Source: Candidatus Uhrbacteria bacterium (GTDB lineage Bacteria; Patescibacteriota; Patescibacteriia; UBA9934; UBA11717). From it: 63,265 bases of DNA. The notes below the pieces were generated by a model that searched no databases, was not told the DNA's origin, and saw only the letters and a list, made by a program, of their open reading frames with translations. The translations under genes and the position numbers were made by a program. Numbering within the stretch: the stretch's first letter is position 1; each line of letters begins with the position of its first letter. Shown here one piece after another: positions 54,352 through 62,890 of this stretch. The stretch spans positions 1 through 63,265 of the forward strand of contig JABIWD010000062.1 of assembly GCA_018701105.1 (NCBI GenBank), written 5' to 3'.

Positions 54352-56418
54352 TTAATTGTCTAGTGATTGTTCTAATGCTGCCCCCTCTTCTGCTATTCCT
54401 GACTCGATTTTAGACTTCTCTGCATCCTTATCAACTACTCCCGCCTCCGTAGCCTCTTTATCTTCTAATTCTCCCTCGAACTCACGCCGCTCACCCTCCA
54501 TCTCAAGCAACTGCTCTGGGTTCGTGGTCACAATCTTGTCTTCCAAATAACTCGCCACCACCTGAATAGCGGCGTGCTTGTTTCCTGCAAAGAAGATTCC
54601 CTGTCCAATACCCGCCTCAAGCAAGAGATATTTCTCTGCATCTGTGAGGTTAAACGTCTTCTGAACCAAGTCAACAGCAGCAGGCGACTGCTTCATGAGC
54701 AACTGCATGCTCGAGTTCGTCACGATCGCCTGTCCATACTGGTTCCTAAGGAAGTCATTCACATCCTGTGTAATCGTCTGAACTCCCAAGAAGTACTTAC
54801 GTCCACGCTTCACAATCGCAAAGATAAATCGCGCCGAATCCTCGTGTTGCATCAACCACCACGCCTCGTCGACTACTAGCAGCCGCTTCTTTCGAGTTGA
54901 TCGAACAACGTTCCAAATGTAGGTAATAATGTTATAAATTGCCATCGGTCGCAGCTCATCCTCCAAATCTCGCACAGAGAAGATCACCAACTGGTTGCTG
55001 GTCTCCACCGTCGTAGGCGAGCTAAAGAGCCCTGCGAATGTTCCTTCCGTGTATTTCTTGATACGCGCAACTAGACTGTCTGCACCGGTCATTCCCTCTA
55101 GAACCTCCTGCAAGTCTTGCATCGTAGGTGGCTCAACCTTAGCGAGGTCACTTTGCGGTGTAATGTCCTTTTTTGCATATGACTCCAAAATCGCACGATC
55201 CAGCACAGCGTCGTCTTCAGGCGAGAATCCAAGAGCCCCCGTTGAACCCTGCGGAGTTCCCATCATGATTCGCATCAAACCTTTGATTGTGATAACAGCA
55301 GATCGGATTATATCCTCAACGCTCGCGTCCGATGTAGTGGCACGCGGAAGATCGAATGGGTTGATCTTACTATCAGACGCCAGTGAGACGTTCACGTATG
55401 TTCCACCAACAGCATCTGAAAGCGCCTTGTACTCCATTTCTGGGTCGATAACGATGACGTCAACGCCAAGCATCATCGATCGGATGATCTCAAGCTTCAC
55501 AGCGTAACTTTTTCCAGCTCCAGATGTAGCAAACACAACTCCGTTCGCGTTTTGCAAACTGAACCTATCAAACAATATCAAACTGTTGTTGTGTCGATTT
55601 ATTCCGTACAAGATTCCGTTATCACTCGTGAGCTCTGACGAGATGAATGGGAAACTCGACGCAATCGGACTTGTACTCATGTTGAATGTGATCTGCAACT
55701 CGTCGTTTCCAAGTGGTAACGTTGAGTTGAATCCCTGCTCGGACTGATACAGTCCACGCTTTGTCATGATCAACTTCGCTCCAAACGAAGAATCAATATC
55801 ATCACAAACACGATCAAGCTCTTCCTTATCCTTTGCGTACACCGTTACATAGAAAGCAAACTGGAAGAAATGCTCAATACCTTGCGTGAGCTGGTCTCGC
55901 AGCCCCTCAATGTCTCGCAACGCAGTCTCGCGTAGTGGGTCTCGTGGTTTTCCTTTCTGACGATCCAGTGAAAGCTGAGCTTCCACCTCTCCAGCCTTTT
56001 TCTTGAGTTGCTTCAAAATGATAGCAGCCTCAATTGGATAGAAGTACATTGAAATATCTATCGTCCAGTTGAAGTTGATGATACCTGCGGCCCAACCGAC
56101 TCCAACATAACGAGGGTATCCAACAATGAACAACGTGCGCGCATATTGATCTCCGAGCTTAAGAAAACTCGATGTAACTTCAAAAGACGCCGGAGCAATC
56201 AGGTCGCGAATTGAAACAATTCCACGCTGATAAATCCGCTCTTCTTCAAGAAGGGAGCGAACACTCTCCTGCTCTTTCTTGTCAGCAATCTGCTCCTTCT
56301 GCTTCGCTGAGAGCTTCTTAGGAGCCTGCGGCTTTCCAGGTGTAGCAGGCTTTTTGCTCTTGCCCTTCTTTCCTTTGCCGTCTTGTTCGTATTGCTCAAT
56401 TTGTTTCTCAAAAGCCAT
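54352..56418 (-). CDS. VirB4/TrbE-type type IV secretion ATPase
   Basis: 688 aa. Walker A FATSGAGKSY, Walker B RLLVVDEAWWLM, ITQD motif. Lys-rich N-terminal tail. Confidence 0.9.
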   Translation of the reverse strand: MAFEKQIEQYEQDGKGKKGKSKKPATPGKPQAPKKLSAKQKEQIADKKEQESVRSLLEEERIYQRGIVSIRDLIAPASFEVTSSFLKLGDQYARTLFIVGYPRYVGVGWAAGIINFNWTIDISMYFYPIEAAIILKQLKKKAGEVEAQLSLDRQKGKPRDPLRETALRDIEGLRDQLTQGIEHFFQFAFYVTVYAKDKEELDRVCDDIDSSFGAKLIMTKRGLYQSEQGFNSTLPLGNDELQITFNMSTSPIASSFPFISSELTSDNGILYGINRHNNSLILFDRFSLQNANGVVFATSGAGKSYAVKLEIIRSMMLGVDVIVIDPEMEYKALSDAVGGTYVNVSLASDSKINPFDLPRATTSDASVEDIIRSAVITIKGLMRIMMGTPQGSTGALGFSPEDDAVLDRAILESYAKKDITPQSDLAKVEPPTMQDLQEVLEGMTGADSLVARIKKYTEGTFAGLFSSPTTVETSNQLVIFSVRDLEDELRPMAIYNIITYIWNVVRSTRKKRLLVVDEAWWLMQHEDSARFIFAIVKRGRKYFLGVQTITQDVNDFLRNQYGQAIVTNSSMQLLMKQSPAAVDLVQKTFNLTDAEKYLLLEAGIGQGIFFAGNKHAAIQVVASYLEDKIVTTNPEQLLEMEGERREFEGELEDKEATEAGVVDKDAEKSKIESGIAEEGAALEQSLDN

Positions 56419-57103
56419 ATGATGTATCCAAATCTAACTCTCCCGCATTTTTTAAAGGCTGTGCCTCGGAAACTATCGGGTTGTAAGCGTTGTAATAAAG
56501 CTCAATCAAGCCCTGAGTGTCCAAGCGAGCTCCAGAGAGGCCCATGCTATTCAAGCTACCAAGAGCCTGCGCCATGCGCTGTTCTAGTTCCTGCTGCCGT
56601 ATCTTGAACTGTTTTTCCGAAAGTTTAATACGCGAGCCGGGAGTCAGTACTGCGCCAAGTCGTGTAAAGAAACCTTTCTTGTCGCTCGCCAAGGGATCGA
56701 AAGGCACCACGATGAAGAAGCGCTTACTCATAATCTCACTGTCAGACACAAGGTCTTTTATGAAATCGATGTAATCCGTCATCTGATTCCGCAGCAACTC
56801 GTTCTCCAATTCCGAGCTTGCCTGCCTCATCCTTCCAATGTAATCCTCGATTCGCATTCTTCGTGAATGAATCACAACCTGCAACGGGTAATCGAGACCA
56901 TTCAAAAACTGCATGTACGCCTGAATCACCGCCTGCTGCTCGTCGTTAGACTTCAGTGCAAAGTTGATACTCGAAACAATCGCGACTCCACGTACTGATC
57001 CATCTTTCAGAATCACCATGTCGTCACGAATTTCTGAGATATCCAAATACTTCTGCGTCGCAGGTCGTTTGGCTTGAACTAGTTTTTGTTTTTTCTTTGC
57101 CAT
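56408..57103 (-). CDS. VirB4 N-terminal-domain-like protein (separate ORF)
   Basis: 231 aa from ATG 57103. YLDISEIRDDMVILKDGSVRGVAIVSSINFALKSNDEQQAVI resembles the extreme N-terminal region of Gram-positive-type VirB4 ATPases. 11-nt ATGGCTTTTGA overlap with the ATPase gene. Confidence 0.6.
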   Translation of the reverse strand: MAKKKQKLVQAKRPATQKYLDISEIRDDMVILKDGSVRGVAIVSSINFALKSNDEQQAVIQAYMQFLNGLDYPLQVVIHSRRMRIEDYIGRMRQASSELENELLRNQMTDYIDFIKDLVSDSEIMSKRFFIVVPFDPLASDKKGFFTRLGAVLTPGSRIKLSEKQFKIRQQELEQRMAQALGSLNSMGLSGARLDTQGLIELYYNAYNPIVSEAQPLKNAGELDLDTSYGF

Positions 57104-57104
57104 A

Positions 57105-57545
57105 TTATTTTTCCGCCTCATCGGGCATATACACTCCACCGGTGTTCACGACTAGAGATAGGTCTCTTAAGTGCGAACCGCTCAGTGGTGGCTTTCTATA
57201 CGGAGGAGGTGGAGGAGGTGGTTCTTTTCTGTTCATCATTGCTTTGATCTCTGCATCTGATCGATTCTTACTCCAAACCCTGATAGAAGGGCGGCGTAAT
57301 GTCTGCAGATAGTTCAACATTATGTAGTGAAATGGCTGTCCATGAATTCTTACAAAAGCAATCACTAAGGAAATTGCAGCGGTTGGGATAGCGAAGACCA
57401 GGAACAGAGAAAAATCGAAAAGTCGATTCTGAATAACGATTATTAGCCCCGCAACCATGATAGTCACAAACTGTCGCACCGTGATTGGTCCGATAATCTT
57501 ACTCTCCACGTCTAGAAATTGTGGGATAACAAATTGATCTGCCAT
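57105..57545 (-). CDS. PrgI-family (VirB3-like) membrane protein
   Basis: IPQFLDVESKIIGPITVRQF followed by two TM helices. Poly-Pro in the C-terminal tail. Confidence 0.7.
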   Translation of the reverse strand: MADQFVIPQFLDVESKIIGPITVRQFVTIMVAGLIIVIQNRLFDFSLFLVFAIPTAAISLVIAFVRIHGQPFHYIMLNYLQTLRRPSIRVWSKNRSDAEIKAMMNRKEPPPPPPPYRKPPLSGSHLRDLSLVVNTGGVYMPDEAEK

Positions 57546-57562
57546 AAACCTATTTTATCACA

Positions 57563-59476
57563 CTAGTAGCGCAGGGTACTGTTAATTCTACGCACAACGT
57601 CAATCTCCTCTTTAGTCATTCCCTTAGGATTTCTCTTTGCATCCTTAAGCACCGATTCTATTGCGATACCTTCTTGCAAAGCCATCCCCATGAGCTTCTG
57701 GTACATCATGACCAATGGGCTCTCTCTCCACGCCTCAATAGCGCGGATCCGCAATCCAGGATCCCCTTCTCCTAACATGTTAATGTCCTCCATCAAGTTC
57801 TCTTGAACAACGCTAATGTCTCCCGGCAATCGTCGGAAGTCGTCGATGTTCATTCTTCGAAACTCTTCAATCGGTCCAACAAGTCTCTTCTTGTACCTAA
57901 CATCTGTAACTGGCTTTTTTCCTGATGGAGTAACTCGTGGCGCCATCGATGGAGTGGACAATACAGTTTTCGCCGTAGACTTCTTTTGTGAGACAGACTT
58001 TGATGCACTGGCACCTAACGCCGGACTCGAGCTCGACTTTGGATCTTTCGATGAAGGTGCACCGTACTTCTCCTGTTTCTTCTTAACCATCTCCTCCTTG
58101 CCCGCCTTGTGTTTTGCAACGGCATCACCATGCTCTCCCGATATTGATGTCTCAACCTCTTCAACAACACGATTCACCGCATGCTCAGACAGAGCAAGTC
58201 CACCTTTCTCAATAGGTTGTTCGAGAGCCTTCTTGAAATCCGCAGCCGACCTTACACCGGAATATCGCGCGCCCAAAACCACTCGAAACCTCTTATTGAG
58301 CTCGGACGATGGAAACGATAGTGATAGCTTTCGCTGCACCTCGTCAATTTTCTTATTCTCTAAACTCTCAGGAGCCTTTTGCCCTGTTTTCTTAAGATCC
58401 TGCATTGTAGACGCAGCGGCAGCCTCATTGGCGACATTCGGGAACAGCTCTTTCTTCACTGCAACGGGCGCCCTTTTCTTTGGCTTCACAACGACCTCGC
58501 TCTTTCGTCTCAATGATTTCTTTGCCTTAGGCTGAGCTGGCGTAGGCTTAACATCAGTTTCCACCTCAACGTGACTTGTTACCATTGGACCAACGTCCTT
58601 CTTTGTTGCTGGAGGTTCCGCATCGACGATCATCGGTGGTGGCGGAGCGAGCTCACGCTTTTCACCTTTTGACGCCGGGTGCATTTTGTCCAACTTATCA
58701 TCGTACCGCCTAACAACCTTCACAACCTTCGGCTCTTGTCTTTTTGGCAAAGACGGCGGCACTAGCGGCTTCTTTGCCGGTACCGGCTTTACGGCAGGCT
58801 TCACCGGCGGTGTCTTTTGTACAGGCACCGATGGCGGCGCAACTGCAGCCTTTGGCTTCACAGGAGCTTCAACAACTCGAGCTACTGGAGCTGGAGGTGC
58901 TACTTTAGGCTCTGGCGTTGGAGCGGGTGGTGGTTTGGGTGCAGGCTCAGCTTTCACCGGCGCCTCAACCTCAATCTCCTCGTCAATCTTTTCCACGACC
59001 TCGGGCTCGTTAACCTTTTCCCTCTCCCGAGACGCCGCCTGCGCTCTCTTAACCTTAACCTCGGCAACAGCAATATCGTTCGCCTTTCTAATATCCTTCA
59101 CAGTTCCACCCGTTGCATCGATTCTCTTTACAGTCGAAACAGATACGTCTCCACCTAAATTCGCATATGTACGGAAAGCCGATGACATCATGTACGAGTC
59201 GATTGGCAGGAACCTCGTACGCAAAAGATCCAGTGACACTTTGCGTGCCAACGGAGCTTCTAGGCCAAGTTTAACTCGAATCAAATTCTCGACTGAATCT
59301 AACGCAGCGTAACCAAACAATAATTCTTGTTGAATGTCATCGAGTCCGTCCACCACTGTAGTGGAAAGACCGTACGCCTCACCAATCTGATCCAGATCTT
59401 TAAGCCCGGAGTCCAAGAAGAACTCACGAATCTCATCGGGCAATATACTGTAAATATATATATTTTCCTCCGCCAT
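57563..59476 (-). CDS. hypothetical protein with long Pro/Lys/Val-rich central region
   Basis: 637 aa, no TM noticed. Sits between the polytopic membrane gene and the prgI-like gene. Confidence 0.7.
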   Translation of the reverse strand: MAEENIYIYSILPDEIREFFLDSGLKDLDQIGEAYGLSTTVVDGLDDIQQELLFGYAALDSVENLIRVKLGLEAPLARKVSLDLLRTRFLPIDSYMMSSAFRTYANLGGDVSVSTVKRIDATGGTVKDIRKANDIAVAEVKVKRAQAASREREKVNEPEVVEKIDEEIEVEAPVKAEPAPKPPPAPTPEPKVAPPAPVARVVEAPVKPKAAVAPPSVPVQKTPPVKPAVKPVPAKKPLVPPSLPKRQEPKVVKVVRRYDDKLDKMHPASKGEKRELAPPPPMIVDAEPPATKKDVGPMVTSHVEVETDVKPTPAQPKAKKSLRRKSEVVVKPKKRAPVAVKKELFPNVANEAAAASTMQDLKKTGQKAPESLENKKIDEVQRKLSLSFPSSELNKRFRVVLGARYSGVRSAADFKKALEQPIEKGGLALSEHAVNRVVEEVETSISGEHGDAVAKHKAGKEEMVKKKQEKYGAPSSKDPKSSSSPALGASASKSVSQKKSTAKTVLSTPSMAPRVTPSGKKPVTDVRYKKRLVGPIEEFRRMNIDDFRRLPGDISVVQENLMEDINMLGEGDPGLRIRAIEAWRESPLVMMYQKLMGMALQEGIAIESVLKDAKRNPKGMTKEEIDVVRRINSTLRY

Positions 59477-59505
59477 ATCAACAATACAATCCGGAATTAA
59501 ATTTT

Positions 59506-62256
59506 TTAGACTTCAGCCTGAGCTACGACTCGTCGCTTCATGTGACGGATAGATCCATCAAGCTGCTTGATCATAGCCTTTGATCCTCCTGAACGCTTCA
59601 ACTCTGCCCTGTAGTTCTTAAGAAGCTTCTCCGATGCCTTGATAGTAGATTTCCATGTCTCCTCATTTGGAGATCCCTTCGCCTGGTTCATGGATGCAAG
59701 CATCGCATCAAGAGACTTAGGTGTAAGACTTTCCGCGGCAACAGCCGCCATGTCTCCGCTCATATTCTCCATCTCAGCACTAAGATTAACAATCATGGTT
59801 GGGTTCTTAGCAAAATCTCCTGCGAAAACTCGTGCATCCTTTGGCGATGCAAACTCGTTACGCATAGCCGTCCCAGAACTGTCGTAGTTGTATGAGGAGT
59901 CTGGATTTCTTGTCATCACCGTTCTAGCAGCCTTATTGATACTCGTATCAGTTCCTCCGGCCGCTGCATCTGCACTATGAATAGCACTCTCCACTTCTCT
60001 CAGCATCTGGTTTGCTCTTGCCTTCTCTTCCTTATTACCGGAAGTAGCCGTCTGCTCCAACGCCTGTATCATCTGAGCGCTACCCTTCTCTTTCAATGCC
60101 GAAACGATAGCCCGCCGTACCTCGTTAACGGTGTCACCAGCAGCACCAGCACCGGCGCCACCAGACATGCTCTTACGAATAAGCTCCGGCATGTCAATAT
60201 CTCCCATGGGCATTCCTCCTCCAATAATGGAGCCCATAGTTCCGGAAATATTGGCGTTAACTAGACCGTGAATAGCAGCATCACTATTCGCACCATCTTT
60301 ATTCGCTGCCAGATTCATGTCCAGCCCACGTTGACCGTCCACCGCATCCTGATAACGATCCTGTTCTTGCTTGTCTCGCCGCTTCACATCCGGTGTAGCA
60401 TTGATATGCTTTTGAGCCGCATCAATAAAGTCTTTCTTAGCTCCCTTACGCGCAGAATTCCTGGTTTCCTTATCAGTATCAAACATCTCATCATACACCC
60501 CGGAGTCACGAGCAGCCTGCCTGAAGTGCGAGGAACCCCATGCGCGCTTATCAATGCCCGCTCGCTCTTGCTGCGTCATGCCTTCAAGAGCCTTTTGCAT
60601 ACTCGCCGCATCCGTATTCTCCCACTGAGGGTTACTTGCCAACATCTTCTTTATCTTATCCTGCCCCTTATCATCATCTGTATCCTTCTGATGTTTCTGA
60701 ACATCCGCAAGCATCTTCATGGCCCTAGCCTTAGTGCTTGGGTTTTCCATCATGCCAGCAAACGCGCCCTCATCTCCAACTGTTGCAGACTGAAGAGCCA
60801 TAGCTTGAGCACGCTGCTCTTCCGTTGCCTTTGGTCCTGAATATTTTTCTATAAAGTCTAACTTCTGCTGATCACCAAGCTTGCTACCAAACCCAGCATA
60901 TTTCTTCGCGAGATCGCCCTGGATTGAGTTCTCCTTGCGCTCTTCCTCAGCAACCTTAGCAAGCTGGCCACGTCCAAACATTCCGCGGACTCCGCCAGCT
61001 GCGATATTCTGTTCCGCTCTCTTTTTCTGCTTCTCTCGTGCAGCCAAACGCCTCTCCTGCGTTCTTCCACGGTAAAGGCTCGAAACTCCTCCGGCCACTG
61101 CAGCACCAGCTGCTCGCCCTTTCTGAACTCCCTTACGCCCAACTGCCATCGCTCCCGCTCCTGCCAACGCAATAGGTGCTCCTGCAATCTTCTTTCCAGC
61201 AGACAATCCAGCGCCAGCAATGCTCTGCGCCGCTCCACCCAAGCTTCCCGCAGTAGACACAGCCATCTCCAAACCAGCCAACAACAGTGCGATACCGATA
61301 ATGAATCCTGTGAAGTTGTCATTTGTGACAATAGAGTTGTTGATCACAGCTCCTGAAGGAGGTGGGTTTCTGTTTGTATCGAAACCTTGAGTCATTCCAC
61401 TCACGGACGCCAACGCCAACCAAAGGAAGAAAGTCAGAATAGGGCCAATCATGATAGCGGCGGTCAACTTCCCCCACCACTGACTATACATATCACCCGC
61501 TTTAGACAAAATCCCCTGCGCGGCTCCTGCCAAGAAAGCGGCAGGCGACAAGATGATAAGCACCCATAGAACAACGATTCTATATACGAGCACCCCGGCC
61601 AGTGTAGCTATCACAACCAAAACTATGGCCGACATTACCGCGGCCATCATCGCTGAACCCAAGTTGGACGCTCCATCAATCGTAAGACTTCCGTCCACTT
61701 GAGTCTGAAGATCGCTCAACTTAAGCAATTGCAAAAAATTTCCAACACCAACCTGCTGCAGAGCGTTCACGAAGCCAATCATTACCACCTGCCCGATATC
61801 AATGAGCAGTCCCGTAATAAGACGAGAAAAATTGATAGCAATAGCTGCAACAACTAGTCGTGGAATTTGCTGCGTCCAGTTGATTCTTTGAATGCCGAAC
61901 ATTGTCCCGAAAGCAATCACGAGCATCAATACAATGAACCCTGTGTTCACAAGGTCGCGGACAATTGACCATCCATTCAGCACAACCGGGTGGCCAATAA
62001 AGTCAGAGTACTGAACAATAGGAAGTAAGATCAGCTCAAGGAGAACCAGAATCATAGTCCCCAAGAAGTTCGCTACCACGAGTATAACTCTCGCGAGAAG
62101 ATTCAGGATAACGTTTCCAGAAGCCGCTAGTCCATCCGCCAAGCCTTCAGTCACAAAGTTCGCGCTAACAGGATCCGCAGCGAATACCAAAATGAGCACG
62201 GACAACCCTGCTATTGCAACTTTGAAGAAACGCTTGTAGTTTTGCCAAGCTTTCAT
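59506..62256 (-). CDS. large polytopic membrane protein (VirB6/TrbL-like candidate) with about 550-aa hydrophilic C-terminal region
   Basis: The N-terminal about 370 aa hold at least 8 hydrophobic helices. The rest is Ala/Gly/Lys/Asp/Met-rich. ATG 62256 is preferred over the track TTG at 62268. First gene of the operon. Confidence 0.75.
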   Translation of the reverse strand: MKAWQNYKRFFKVAIAGLSVLILVFAADPVSANFVTEGLADGLAASGNVILNLLARVILVVANFLGTMILVLLELILLPIVQYSDFIGHPVVLNGWSIVRDLVNTGFIVLMLVIAFGTMFGIQRINWTQQIPRLVVAAIAINFSRLITGLLIDIGQVVMIGFVNALQQVGVGNFLQLLKLSDLQTQVDGSLTIDGASNLGSAMMAAVMSAIVLVVIATLAGVLVYRIVVLWVLIILSPAAFLAGAAQGILSKAGDMYSQWWGKLTAAIMIGPILTFFLWLALASVSGMTQGFDTNRNPPPSGAVINNSIVTNDNFTGFIIGIALLLAGLEMAVSTAGSLGGAAQSIAGAGLSAGKKIAGAPIALAGAGAMAVGRKGVQKGRAAGAAVAGGVSSLYRGRTQERRLAAREKQKKRAEQNIAAGGVRGMFGRGQLAKVAEEERKENSIQGDLAKKYAGFGSKLGDQQKLDFIEKYSGPKATEEQRAQAMALQSATVGDEGAFAGMMENPSTKARAMKMLADVQKHQKDTDDDKGQDKIKKMLASNPQWENTDAASMQKALEGMTQQERAGIDKRAWGSSHFRQAARDSGVYDEMFDTDKETRNSARKGAKKDFIDAAQKHINATPDVKRRDKQEQDRYQDAVDGQRGLDMNLAANKDGANSDAAIHGLVNANISGTMGSIIGGGMPMGDIDMPELIRKSMSGGAGAGAAGDTVNEVRRAIVSALKEKGSAQMIQALEQTATSGNKEEKARANQMLREVESAIHSADAAAGGTDTSINKAARTVMTRNPDSSYNYDSSGTAMRNEFASPKDARVFAGDFAKNPTMIVNLSAEMENMSGDMAAVAAESLTPKSLDAMLASMNQAKGSPNEETWKSTIKASEKLLKNYRAELKRSGGSKAMIKQLDGSIRHMKRRVVAQAEV

Positions 62257-62272
62257 GAGATATTTCAAAGGT

Positions 62273-62281
62273 ATTATACCA
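62273..62281 (-). promoter_or_regulatory. extended -10 element for the T4SS-like operon
   Basis: The minus strand reads TGGTATAAT, ending 16 nt upstream of ATG 62256. Confidence 0.4.
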
Positions 62282-62326
62282 TGGTATAAAAGATGCGATA
62301 TTAGTAGATGTGGATTGAAATAGAAA

Positions 62327-62364
62327 CATTTTCAATTTTGCAATTCGGCAATTTTCAATTGATT
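62327..62364. repeat. left 38-bp inverted repeat flanking the four-helix-bundle gene
   Basis: CATTTTCAATTTTGCAATTCGGCAATTTTCAATTGATT. It is the perfect reverse complement of 62804-62841. Confidence 0.9.
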
Positions 62365-62379
62365 ATTCGATTGGTTAAT

Positions 62380-62769
62380 TCATCGATTATCAATTTGACG
62401 AGGCGCTCTGCGCTTGGCCTTTTTGTTCCTCATGGTTTGTATTACTTTGCCAAATATCCTGGATAACTCGAGCGCTTCCTGTATAAGCTCCACCTGAATC
62501 TGCGCATTATCAACCTCCGCCACAATACACTTCAACCAGTATCTAGACTCCTTCGCTTCCTTTCTGCATATATTTATTCTGTAAAGAAAATCCTTTCCGC
62601 TAAACGATTCATTGGCCTCAATATAGTTCGCGCCAACCGATCCCGACGATCTGACCAACTGCTTAATATCTTCTTGATAAATCGAATGTCTCGGAATCAA
62701 CTTAACAAACTCTCTCACCTTCCGACTAAATGCCAAAGCCCTCTCCTCAAGCCCCTCTTGTTTTGTCAT
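62380..62769 (-). CDS. four-helix-bundle protein (23S rRNA intervening-sequence protein family)
   Basis: SSGSVGANYIEA, KDFLYRINICRKEAKESRYWL hallmark motifs. Start taken at ATG 62769, because the track TTG start at 62805 lies inside the inverted repeat. Confidence 0.85.
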   Translation of the reverse strand: MTKQEGLEERALAFSRKVREFVKLIPRHSIYQEDIKQLVRSSGSVGANYIEANESFSGKDFLYRINICRKEAKESRYWLKCIVAEVDNAQIQVELIQEALELSRIFGKVIQTMRNKKAKRRAPRQIDNR

Positions 62770-62803
62770 AGTTCTCGTTAATTGATCAATTGGTAAATTT
62801 CCC

Positions 62804-62841
62804 AATCAATTGAAAATTGCCGAATTGCAAAATTGAAAATG
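62804..62841. repeat. right 38-bp inverted repeat flanking the four-helix-bundle gene
   Basis: AATCAATTGAAAATTGCCGAATTGCAAAATTGAAAATG. Perfect partner of 62327-62364. Confidence 0.9.
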
Positions 62842-62890
62842 TGAATAAAGCTATGCGACACCCTGGAGCTTCCAGGATGTCGCATATCGT

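Noticed and set aside
57816-59312. + strand ORFs 57816..58535 and 58686..59312 inside the 637-aa gene
   Set aside because: They are Gly/Ser/Thr/Phe-rich antisense frames of a Pro/Lys-rich gene embedded in a tightly coupled minus-strand operon.
62770-62805. TTG start at 62805 for the four-helix-bundle gene (track ORF 62380..62805)
   Set aside because: The first 12 codons lie in or next to the right inverted repeat. Family members are about 120-130 aa and the ATG at 62769 fits better.
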